The notes beneath the pieces were generated by a model. That model made no database searches and was not told where the DNA came from. It worked only from the letters and a program-made list of their open reading frames with translations. From positions 13,440-77,439 of the IMG/VR virus record IMGVR_UViG_3300010403_000024: a stretch of 64,000 nt of DNA. One strand, written 5' to 3'. This document shows positions 56,659-64,000 of this stretch, in pieces; within the stretch, counting starts at the first letter, position 1; the number at the start of each line of letters is the position of its first letter. The translations under genes and the position numbers were made by a program. This stretch comes from a virus.

Positions 56659-57172
56659 AGCGCGGCCTCCGTCACGTCTGCCTGTAGCAGATCCGCGATC
56701 TTCTCCTGACCCTCGGCCATGCCCGATACGTCCGTAATGGTGGGCGCCTCAAACCCCGCTGCGCACTCGACTACAGACCAAAAAATGTCTCGCATAAAGT
56801 TAAAAGTTTGCCCCCGCACACCCGCCGTTTGGCCAGCTACCAGACCGACCAAAACGGCAGGGGCGGAGGAGATTCACAGTTGATGTATAAACCATGCGGT
56901 AGCGCAAAGGGCACTGAATATGATTGCCAATGCGATTTCTAGCCAAGGGATGGGGGCTTGCCCGTCAGTTTTCATATCGGTATTTGGTAGCTGTTTGGTT
57001 TAAGTTAAGCGGACAGAACTTGGGTAGTCTCGCGAAACTACCGTCGCGCCGCTGTCCTCAGCGCGTCGCGGTCTCTCCCGCGCGTCTGTCCCCTCCTCTG
57101 TCACCGTCTCAGGAGCACCTTACCCAGCCCGGAGGCTCTCAGGTCGTCTCGGTCTGTCCCGTGACTGACGCG

Positions 57173-57225
57173 ACATTACCACCATGCCGTTGCTTCGCAC
57201 AAGATAAATCTACGCAGAATTGCGG
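57173..57225 (-). promoter_or_regulatory. Early-operon promoter with upstream operator
   Basis: TTGTGC-N18-(TG.)TAATGT on minus; ACGCAG-AA-TTGCGG at 57212-57225. Confidence 0.55.
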
Positions 57226-57303
57226 AGACAGACAGAATCACCCGATAAACATTGAGAATCTTGAGCAAGAAATAAACACATGAGCCCACACGCGGAACAC
57301 CCA

Positions 57304-57591
57304 CTAATACCCGCCGTACGGGTCTGTCTCATACTCGCCTAGTATCCGCCCTGCCTCGCCGCCGGTAAGCAACTCCAATCGCAGCGCGTCCATCCTCTCC
57401 CGTGCCCGGCGCCGCCGCGCCCTGCCCGATGCTCGCCCACCAAGCACCCCCGCCCAGCGCCGGCCAGGCTTGCCCGCCCCTCCTCGGCCGCCAGCGCGCG
57501 CCACTCGCCGCCGCCGCTGCGCCTCAGTCTCGACCGGCGCCAGCGCAGCCGCAACCGGGCCAGCAACCGCAATCGATGCCTCGTCAGTCAT
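57304..57591 (-). CDS. Small Arg/Gly-rich basic protein (leaderless)
   Basis: TTGACT-N17-CAGGAT-N7-ATG; RAGGRGG...GVLGGRASGRARR (KGG-like). Confidence 0.55.
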   Translation of the reverse strand: MTDEASIAVAGPVAAALAPVETEAQRRRRVARAGGRGGAGKPGRRWAGVLGGRASGRARRRRARERMDALRLELLTGGEAGRILGEYETDPYGGY

Positions 57592-58439
57592 CTCCGCAAT
57601 CCTGCCGACTGCCGACCCGTAAGTCAAGCCGACCAAAGAGCCGACGAGCAAGGGCAAGTTATCGCCGTGGGTGAGTTGGGTGTATTCACCCAATTTTCGG
57701 AAATGTGGCGATTGGCCGTAAGTTGGCATGAAACTTCAGTTTTCCGCAAGGTTGCCGAGGCTCGCCGATGGTATTTTGCGTCAACCTGGCAGATTTGCGA
57801 AGTTGACGGCAACGGAAACATCTGCCCCAGATGTTACGTCAAGCACGCCAAATCAAGCACTTAGGTCGATTTTCGGCCATTCCTGGCGGCCGACGAACCT
57901 CGGCGGGGATAGCGGGGGCGATGGGTGGCATCGGCGGAAACGCGGGTATATCCCCCATCTGGACTCAGGCCTGAATTTTTTTGGGGTCATTTTGGGATGG
58001 GCGCTTTCGGCGGTCGAACATCTCCCCTGTACCCCTCTGCTTCTGCTTCTGTATGGGCTTATTGGTGCTGACACTGGCTGACGTAAGCACGGCTGCTGAT
58101 TTTCGTGACGGTCAGCGGGTGAACAGAGCTTCCCCGGGGGCGATGCTATTTGGGTGCCTCTCTCACTGGCCTGCGGTTGGCGACCTGGGGTTGTGTTATC
58201 AGGTCGAAGTGAGCGTGAGGAGCCTCGGGTTGATGGAGGCCACTTTGCGGCATCAGGGCTGAAATCCTGTCGCGGCAAGCCCCGCTTTAGGTAGTGCGCG
58301 ATCCATGCGCTGCGGGGAACGGTCGAGGGCGCGGTACTCTTGGCCCTCGCTTCCGGGGTGTTGTTTTGGGCTGGTACCCGACGGACCTGCTCGGCACCGT
58401 CTTTCGGAGGGCCTTAAAAAACTGTGGGCGACTCCGGGC

Positions 58440-58952
58440 CTAACCAGCGGGACTGCCTCCGGCCTTTTGCTTTTGCTTGGGCGGAGGATTATTCGCATCA
58501 GTCACATCGGTCACTGTAGAAATTGGGTTGAGGGCGCAGTCTTGGCAGAGGGCTCCGCCGGTGAAAAGCACAGCTTGGCCGGCGGGGATTGTTTCTCCGC
58601 ACTCGGTGCAGGTGCGTTGCAGGCGTTCCTGATCTTTCTCGCGTTGACGAAGGCACCAGTCGCAGACGGGGACGGGTTGGTTTGGGACGTGGCCGAACTC
58701 AAGTTGGCCGGTGCCGGCGGGAACGGGTTGGTTGCAGATGGCGCATTGTTGACCTCGCGCGCTTTTGATCGCCCAGCGGATGGATCGCCAAAGGAGGAAG
58801 GGGCCGTAAAAGCCGGCGGGGAAGACAACGATGACGGCGATGGGGGCGTGGTCTTCGAGGTGGGCGATTAGGCCGACGAGGGCGGGGAAGGCCGCCAACA
58901 GCAGGAACATCAGGTATTCGCGGGCGAGGATGGTTTGTTGTTTCTGGGTCAT
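58440..58952 (-). CDS. Two-TM membrane protein with double Zn finger
   Basis: TM pair then CAIC..CDWC..CTEC..CQDC. Confidence 0.65.
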   Translation of the reverse strand: MTQKQQTILAREYLMFLLLAAFPALVGLIAHLEDHAPIAVIVVFPAGFYGPFLLWRSIRWAIKSARGQQCAICNQPVPAGTGQLEFGHVPNQPVPVCDWCLRQREKDQERLQRTCTECGETIPAGQAVLFTGGALCQDCALNPISTVTDVTDANNPPPKQKQKAGGSPAG

Positions 58953-58956
58953 GCGT

Positions 58957-59265
58957 TCAGATGAATGGATTATCCTCGTAACGGTTGGCTTGGGGACCGC
59001 CTGGGCCATAACGGCCGCGCAGGCCGGTTAAGAGGGTGGCGAGGCAGGCGACGGTGGTTACGGCCTGGACGCGCTGGGTTTGGCCGTCGGGCAGTTGGAC
59101 GTGGAAAGAGATGACGGCGCCGGGTCGGCCTTTGACGGTGCAACTGTCTTTGGTGACGATCGTGATGTCGCTGGCCTGCTTGGCGACGGGCGGCTCGTCG
59201 GGAGCGCCGTGCACCAGGGCGTCGAATTCGGAGTCCAGACCTAGTTTAAGGGTGATGTTTTCCAT
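58957..59265 (-). CDS. Hypothetical protein
   Basis: MENITLKLG...GRPGAVISF.VQLPDG. Confidence 0.6.
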   Translation of the reverse strand: MENITLKLGLDSEFDALVHGAPDEPPVAKQASDITIVTKDSCTVKGRPGAVISFHVQLPDGQTQRVQAVTTVACLATLLTGLRGRYGPGGPQANRYEDNPFI

Positions 59266-59275
59266 GACGTCAGGC

Positions 59276-59291
59276 TGTTCCACGTGGAACA
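59276..59291. promoter_or_regulatory. parS: parS-type site TGTTCCACGTGGAACA
   Basis: Perfect 16-bp palindrome matching the bacterial ParB/Spo0J parS consensus; intergenic. Confidence 0.75.
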
Positions 59292-59382
59292 AAAGCGCCA
59301 CCGGTCCCTGGTTTCAAAGCTGCCAGCAAGGAGTCAAACCTGAGCTGTAACAACATCAGCCGGGGACCAGTGAAAGTGAGTT

Positions 59383-59457
59383 TGGTTGCGGGCCGTGGTA
59401 CCGCCCCACGCTCGGTGAGTTTATGAGGCTCACTCAGACCCTTGCCTGCCACCCGCA
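59383..59457 (-). tRNA. Degenerate tRNA with CAT anticodon (Met/Ile2-like), encoded CCA
   Basis: 75 nt: TGCGGGT/GCCCGCA-A-CCA, D-arm CAGG/TCTG, loop CTCATAA, T-arm CGTGG/CCACG with non-canonical loop GGCGGTA. Confidence 0.6.
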
Positions 59458-59571
59458 AATCGGGGCCGGTTAGATGTAAGCCAGTGGCGCCATTATCCGA
59501 GGCGTTTGCCCACCAGCCACTAAATCTCAGATGCACCGGCCAGCACCATGTCTCTTTTTTTAGGAAAGAAG

Positions 59572-59665
59572 TCTTTTGCGCGGGAAAGGAACTTTCGGGA
59601 GGTGTATCGGCCCGGCCCAGACGGGCCTCCGCGCAAAAGAAAACTGTATCCACAAACCGATACAC
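59572..59665 (-). ncRNA. Structured leader with alternative pairing (switch-like)
   Basis: 12-bp stem TCTTTTGCGCGG/CCGCGCAAAAGA; internal CCGATACAC complementary to upstream GTGTATCGG; TTGACA at 59700-59695. Confidence 0.5.
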
Positions 59666-59710
59666 GCCGCACAAATCGGCTAAAGGCGGCGGTTTGTCAA
59701 GCAACTAATT

Positions 59711-60691
59711 TTAGAGGGTGCCGTCGAGGGCAGCCCGCGGCTTCATGGTTTTGGCGATCCAGCGCGCCAGCGGGAAGGGTATTTTGGCGATCGTGGCCGA
59801 GGCGGCTTTGCGGGCGCTGGATTTGCTGGAGGTATCCGGTTCCTTCCATCCAAAAGCATTTGGGTGGTCGCGCTCGCCCCCGTTCTGGTCTCTCAGCTTT
59901 AACCCGCAATGCTGCGCGGCCAGCCGCGTGAAGTCCTGCCCGCGCTTGGTCTGGTCAGACCAGTTCATGCCTTGGGACTTGAAGCCGGTTTTTTCGCGAT
60001 GCGCCGAAACGCTTGGCGGTCGGTCACTCCAGACCTTGCCCGGAGATGGGCCATGTTTGGTTGCTTCCCATGATGCTGTCCATTGGTGACCGCCATCGCT
60101 GGCAGCCTTGTTTCGGTCGCCCGCCTTGACGCCGTCCAATGAATGATTCGCCTGATAATTCTCTCGCGTCTGATCCCAGGAACCAGTCTTGGATTTTCGC
60201 CTTGGTTGCGTAATCGGCATCAGCGCCGGCACATCGCCCCAAAGGTAGTAGCTGCCGAAGTTCCAGCGCGCGCGGCCAACCCACTTCTGGGCGCCTCGCA
60301 CGTTCTCGACGATCATCGGAATGTGGTGCCCAGCCGCTTCGGACGCCTCACGCTGAATGCGGAAACAGGCATCAAAAAGGGCAGTCAGCTTTTTCCGGTC
60401 GCGTTTGCCTGACTTGTAATCCGCTTCGAGGGCTTTGGCTTTGCTCCACGGCATGGCCATGTAGCTGTATTCCTGGCAGGGTGGCGAAGCGACAATCAGG
60501 GCGGCGTCTTTGAACTGCGAACCGTGAATGGTGAGCACGTCCTGGATTACCAGCTTGGCGGGGTATTTCTGATCGCCGTATTGGTGGGCTTCGATGTCGT
60601 AGCCGATCACATCCCAACCTTCCGCGAGCAGACCTTCCGCCCAGCCTCCGAGTCCGCAAAACAAATCGACAGCGATTGGCAGATCAGGCAT
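59711..60691 (-). CDS. C5 cytosine DNA methyltransferase
   Basis: DLFCGLGG, ASPPCQ, IVENV. Confidence 0.85.
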   Translation of the reverse strand: MPDLPIAVDLFCGLGGWAEGLLAEGWDVIGYDIEAHQYGDQKYPAKLVIQDVLTIHGSQFKDAALIVASPPCQEYSYMAMPWSKAKALEADYKSGKRDRKKLTALFDACFRIQREASEAAGHHIPMIVENVRGAQKWVGRARWNFGSYYLWGDVPALMPITQPRRKSKTGSWDQTRENYQANHSLDGVKAGDRNKAASDGGHQWTASWEATKHGPSPGKVWSDRPPSVSAHREKTGFKSQGMNWSDQTKRGQDFTRLAAQHCGLKLRDQNGGERDHPNAFGWKEPDTSSKSSARKAASATIAKIPFPLARWIAKTMKPRAALDGTL

Positions 60692-60694
60692 GGC

Positions 60695-60816
60695 TGGAGG
60701 GCGTGCGCCGGTTAATAATAAGACTCACACTTGAGGGTGAATCCATCTAATCATCTATTTTGGTTTTGGTTTTGGTTTTGGTTTGAGACGACGCATACCC
60801 TATTCCAGCCACGCCC
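60695..60816 (-). ncRNA. tRNA-end-like structured RNA with (CCAAAA)4 loop
   Basis: GGGCGTG/CACGCCC-T-CCA closing stem, two internal hairpins. Confidence 0.4.
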
Positions 60817-60934
60817 GAAAGTGGAACGGTGGAAAAGGATTGTCCCGCCCAAAGAGACTGAGGCACAAGGCGCTCCTGACTTCGGGACGGGACAACCCCG
60901 CTACCTACCGTAACCCGACGCGAGGCAGTGAACT

Positions 60935-60999
60935 GCAACTCGGCAAGTTTGTCAAGTTTGTTCTGGACGGGGTTGGAGCGATGGGGCAAATATTGCCGC
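60935..60999. promoter_or_regulatory. Divergent promoter/operator region
   Basis: Leftward TTGACA-N17-TTCACT with operator 60941-60954; rightward leaderless promoter with GGCAA-ATA-TTGCC. Confidence 0.65.
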
Positions 61000-61257
61000 A
61001 TGACGACGAGCGATTCAAACGGGTTGGCGGTGTACGAGAAGGAGCGCTGCGTCCATTGCGGCGGCGGAGGCCTCCGGGTGGACGACAAGGCGACGGGCAA
61101 AAGGGCGCGGGAATGGCGTGAGGAACGCCAGCTCAGCCAGGAACAGGTGGCGCGCAGCATGGGGATCAGCGCCTCGTACTTGAGCGACCTGGAGCGGGGC
61201 AAACGCACCTGGGGGACGGAGTTGCTGGCGGCGGCCAAGGCGGCGCTCAAGGTTTAA
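61000..61257 (+). CDS. Zn-ribbon + XRE HTH regulator (repressor candidate)
   Basis: CVHCGGGG; REWREERQLSQEQVARSMGISASYLSDLERGKR. Confidence 0.85.
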   Translation: MTTSDSNGLAVYEKERCVHCGGGGLRVDDKATGKRAREWREERQLSQEQVARSMGISASYLSDLERGKRTWGTELLAAAKAALKV

Positions 61258-61594
61258 GCAGTTGCAACAGTTGCTCGGTCTCAGCCGCGCTCAGGCTGAG
61301 TTTGTAGCCGACCACGCCGCCGATGTTGTTGGTGACTTCCTCCAATTTGTCCGTGACCAAAAGCTTGATCCGGCGCAATGCCCGAACGCAGTCCTCGCGC
61401 TTGTAGAGGGGGACTTGTTTGTAGGCGAGGATCGCCACCGCATCCCACACGGCAACGGATTCATTTGGGAGGTCGCACCAGGCTCGGTCGCGGTCGCTGC
61501 CCCAAATCTCCTTTGGCTGTTTTCGTTTTGTTGCCTGGCCGGCCTCGTAGAGTTTGATTGCCAGCGTGCGGACTTCATCGAGTTTTTGTTTCAT
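61247..61594 (-). CDS. Hypothetical protein
   Basis: AIKLYEA...WCDLP...W..VA. Confidence 0.55.
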   Translation of the reverse strand: MKQKLDEVRTLAIKLYEAGQATKRKQPKEIWGSDRDRAWCDLPNESVAVWDAVAILAYKQVPLYKREDCVRALRRIKLLVTDKLEEVTNNIGGVVGYKLSLSAAETEQLLQLLKP

Positions 61595-62523
61595 AAAGGA
61601 AACTGTTTCAAGGCCCAAACCTCATCGGAGAGGCGCCCGCGCTGGCCGGGTTTGAAGGCGCTGTCTTGTTTAGTGAACACTGGAATTTGAGCGTTCTTGA
61701 ACTGCAATGCCGCCCGCTGAATGGCCTCAACTCCACAATCGCGCCGCCCTTTGCCACTCTCACCGCCGATAATGGCCCAGTGCAATCCGCCGCGCTTTTC
61801 GTAGTCAATGTGATCTTGAGCCACGTAATGCATCGTGTATAGGTGCGGCCTGAAATCAATCTCCGACAGTAATGGCTCCACGCTGAGGAAACGAACTTTG
61901 GCCGGGATTTGAAGCAGCAGCGGGATGCGCTCGTCGGCTCGCTTCTGGTCTTCGACTGAGACGCCGACCCAGACGTTGGAGGGAGGTTCGATACCTCGCC
62001 AGTTATTAACCCAATGCTGATACTGGATGCCTTCTCCAACCATTGGCAGATGTAAGGCGGCTTGGTAGAGCCGGTCAGCGAAATTCTCGGGGCGCTTGGT
62101 CAGGAGCAACCAATCCAGGTTTGGCGTGTCGTAAATGAGCTTTAGGAAATCGACCAGGACAGCTATCGGCTCCAGCTTGTTCCCATCCTGATCGATAATT
62201 CCCGCCGGCATTTCATCCAGCCAGTCAATCATCGAGGGGAACCATCGCCCGCGAGTTCCCGCCTTTGCGTGGACGGCATTGATGCGGCGGGCATCGCCCC
62301 AAAAGCCCTTGCTTAAAACCCGGGTGGCTTTCTCGCCCCAAATCGGGCGCGTTTCCCAATCCTGGAAGCCCGCCGCCTTGTAGGCCCTGCGCACCAGCGG
62401 CCCCAACCGCGTGAGCATCAACAGCATTGCATAGCAGTTGCGGCAGCCTTCACTGATCATGGAGCAGATCAGCCACGGACCGCCCGTGTGGTTTGCCCAT
62501 TCGATGTTAGTTTTTTCGCTCAT
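61591..62523 (-). CDS. DUF5131 / phage Gp37Gp68 family protein
   Basis: TNIEW..HT..PW..C..IS.GC.NCYA, LLLTKRPEN, VWVGVSVE, FLSVEPLL, WAIIGGESG. Confidence 0.9.
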   Translation of the reverse strand: MSEKTNIEWANHTGGPWLICSMISEGCRNCYAMLLMLTRLGPLVRRAYKAAGFQDWETRPIWGEKATRVLSKGFWGDARRINAVHAKAGTRGRWFPSMIDWLDEMPAGIIDQDGNKLEPIAVLVDFLKLIYDTPNLDWLLLTKRPENFADRLYQAALHLPMVGEGIQYQHWVNNWRGIEPPSNVWVGVSVEDQKRADERIPLLLQIPAKVRFLSVEPLLSEIDFRPHLYTMHYVAQDHIDYEKRGGLHWAIIGGESGKGRRDCGVEAIQRAALQFKNAQIPVFTKQDSAFKPGQRGRLSDEVWALKQFPL

Positions 62524-62535
62524 ATAGTTGGGCAG

Positions 62536-63015
62536 CTACGCCGCCGGCTGCCGGATGTCCTGGGCGTAGAGGGCGATGGCGAGGGCGCTCCACAGGTGGG
62601 AGGACACGCCGTATAGGGGGCCTTTCGACTTTATCCTGCCGATCGCGCGCTCTTTGCCGCCGAAGCGATCAACGATTGCGGCTCGGATGTTAGTGTCCTT
62701 GGCCCGCGAGTCGTGGCAGTGGTGCTGCTTGATGCGCAGGCGATAGACCTTTTCGTAGGAGCGCCCGCGCACGGCCCATGCTTCGATGAAGCGGCCGACC
62801 CAGAGGACGGTCTCAAAGACTTCGGCGCCAACAGCCATGCCGAACGACGCGACCATTTCGATGGCCAGGTGGTGCTCGGAGGGTTCGTGCCGCAGCTTGG
62901 TCAGGAGCTGCTCATTGTCGTCGATCGCCATTTGCAGGATGCGCGTGCCGTCCCAGATCAGCCAGGCGGATTGGGTGGGCCCTGGGTCGAGGGCGATGAT
63001 GGAGGAGGAGTTCAT
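62536..63015 (-). CDS. RuvC-like Holliday junction resolvase
   Basis: IALDPG, LAIEMVAS.GM.VG.EVFET..W.GRF, HLWSALAIA. Confidence 0.75.
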   Translation of the reverse strand: MNSSSIIALDPGPTQSAWLIWDGTRILQMAIDDNEQLLTKLRHEPSEHHLAIEMVASFGMAVGAEVFETVLWVGRFIEAWAVRGRSYEKVYRLRIKQHHCHDSRAKDTNIRAAIVDRFGGKERAIGRIKSKGPLYGVSSHLWSALAIALYAQDIRQPAA

Positions 63016-64000
63016 GCGAGGGGCAGGCCGGGGGTGATGGTGCAGCGTTGCCGGATGAGCGGCAAGTAGGAGGCGTTTAGCTCGATGCCGATGCAGTGGC
63101 GACCGAGTTCGAGCGCCACCTGAGCGGTGGTGCCGCTGCCAAGAAATGGATCAAGGACAGTGCATGGCGCGACCGGATGATCCAGTAGCGGGATCGACGG
63201 TTCGTAAATCCAGCAGGGCATTTCCTTTGGCTGGCGATTCTTTCCAACGTTGGGGTGGGTCTCTTCGTTTTTGCCATCGTCGAATTTGCTACCGTTCCAT
63301 GTGCTGGTATCGCTTTCCACCACCCGTTTGCCGCGGACGAATCGGCCATGGCACTCGCAGGTTGGCTGCCAGCCGGTGGTCTTCTTCTCGGTCATGCCGG
63401 CCAGGATGCGCTCCTTGACGGTCGAGGCCGGCTGGGCCAGGTGCGACTGGTAATCTTTTTGGTTCCGGCCGTGATACTCGCCGTTTTGATCGGCGCCGCT
63501 GGCCTTCTTCCAGTCTTCCAGCACTGGACCGTCTTCAACCACGCGCTCCCAGGGAGCGCCGCACTGGGCGCAGCAGCCTTTAGCGGACGTGCCGGCCAGG
63601 ATGCAGGGCTTGATCAGTTCGGAGGGGAAGACCGCGAAGTGCGCTCCCTTAAAGGGCTCGGTGCCGACCAGCCAAACATCGCGCTTGTTGCGGGCGGCGA
63701 CCGGCATTGAGAGCGCGGCGTCGAATGATTCGTTGTTTTTGACGCCGGTGCCGGGAGCCACGGTCTTGGGTCTGGTATTCCAGGAAGATGGATTGGGTTT
63801 GCCATCGTCGCCCTCAGGTGTGCGCTCGCGGGCCATGCGGCTGTTAGGGCCGTTGACCTTGGCCTTGCCTCCGCCATTCGCGCGGAAGGTGCCGATCTGC
63901 TGCTGCAGGTCCTGGCTGATGCGGGCGTGGCTGGAGAGGCTGATCGGCTCCAGGATAGCGACGTGATCGTAGAAGTAGGTGGCGCTTTTGCTGAGCAGAA
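63012..64000 (-). CDS. N4-cytosine/N6-adenine DNA methyltransferase (5' truncated by window)
   Basis: RNKRDVW, FKGAHFAVFP..L..PCILAG, VLDPFLGSGTT, IGIELN. Confidence 0.85.
   Translation of the reverse strand, partial: LLSKSATYFYDHVAILEPISLSSHARISQDLQQQIGTFRANGGGKAKVNGPNSRMARERTPEGDDGKPNPSSWNTRPKTVAPGTGVKNNESFDAALSMPVAARNKRDVWLVGTEPFKGAHFAVFPSELIKPCILAGTSAKGCCAQCGAPWERVVEDGPVLEDWKKASGADQNGEYHGRNQKDYQSHLAQPASTVKERILAGMTEKKTTGWQPTCECHGRFVRGKRVVESDTSTWNGSKFDDGKNEETHPNVGKNRQPKEMPCWIYEPSIPLLDHPVAPCTVLDPFLGSGTTAQVALELGRHCIGIELNASYLPLIRQRCTITPGLPLA

Noticed and set aside
59276-59291. Verrucomicrobial LexA box (TGTTC-N4-GAACA)
   Set aside because: Spacer here is 6 nt (CACGTG), which fits parS rather than the LexA box
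3735-60781. CRISPR array
   Set aside because: Repeats are 6-9 nt tandem units or dispersed operators, with no repeat-spacer periodicity and no cas genes
60695-60816. Canonical tRNA-Trp or tmRNA
   Set aside because: Acceptor-like stem and CCA are present, but there is no T-arm, normal anticodon arm or tag ORF
1-64000. Stop-codon reassignment
   Set aside because: Long genes are intact under the standard code and end in TAA, TAG and TGA with tight coupling

Overview
This 64 kb window is a contiguous part of a high-GC tailed-phage (or prophage) genome; no host housekeeping genes are visible. It has a podovirus-like layout with no tape measure or sheath, but a nozzle and large ejection proteins. 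Order: exported Thr/Asn-rich proteins and lysis genes (1-3.6 kb); terminase large subunit on the minus strand, divergent from portal, scaffold and major capsid (4-15 kb); an HNH endonuclease; a block of glycosyltransferases, a methyltransferase and two radical SAM enzymes directly behind the capsid gene (17-23 kb); Cys-rich tail, adaptor and receptor-binding genes mixed with accessory genes (25-42 kb); ejection proteins including a ~2550 aa giant (43-54 kb); and a convergent minus-strand early region with a tyrosine recombinase, a perfect parS palindrome, a degenerate tRNA(CAT), several structured RNA leaders, DNA methyltransferases, DUF5131 and a RuvC-like resolvase (54-64 kb). A verrucomicrobial-type C-terminal domain, TN-rich exported proteins and short 7/9-nt repeats suggest a Verrucomicrobia/PVC host (inference). 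The strongest candidates for something new are: (i) a virion surface-modification system (glycosylation plus methylation and radical SAM tailoring) alongside signal-peptide-bearing TN-rich tail-module proteins; (ii) a head-tail adaptor fused to a catalytically altered metallophosphoesterase; (iii) a holin-like ORF with an in-frame u-spanin-like lipoprotein; (iv) a genome-wide 14-bp operator at mostly leaderless promoters; (v) a cluster of tRNA-like and switch RNAs next to parS. All family assignments come from motif recognition by eye, not from database searches.
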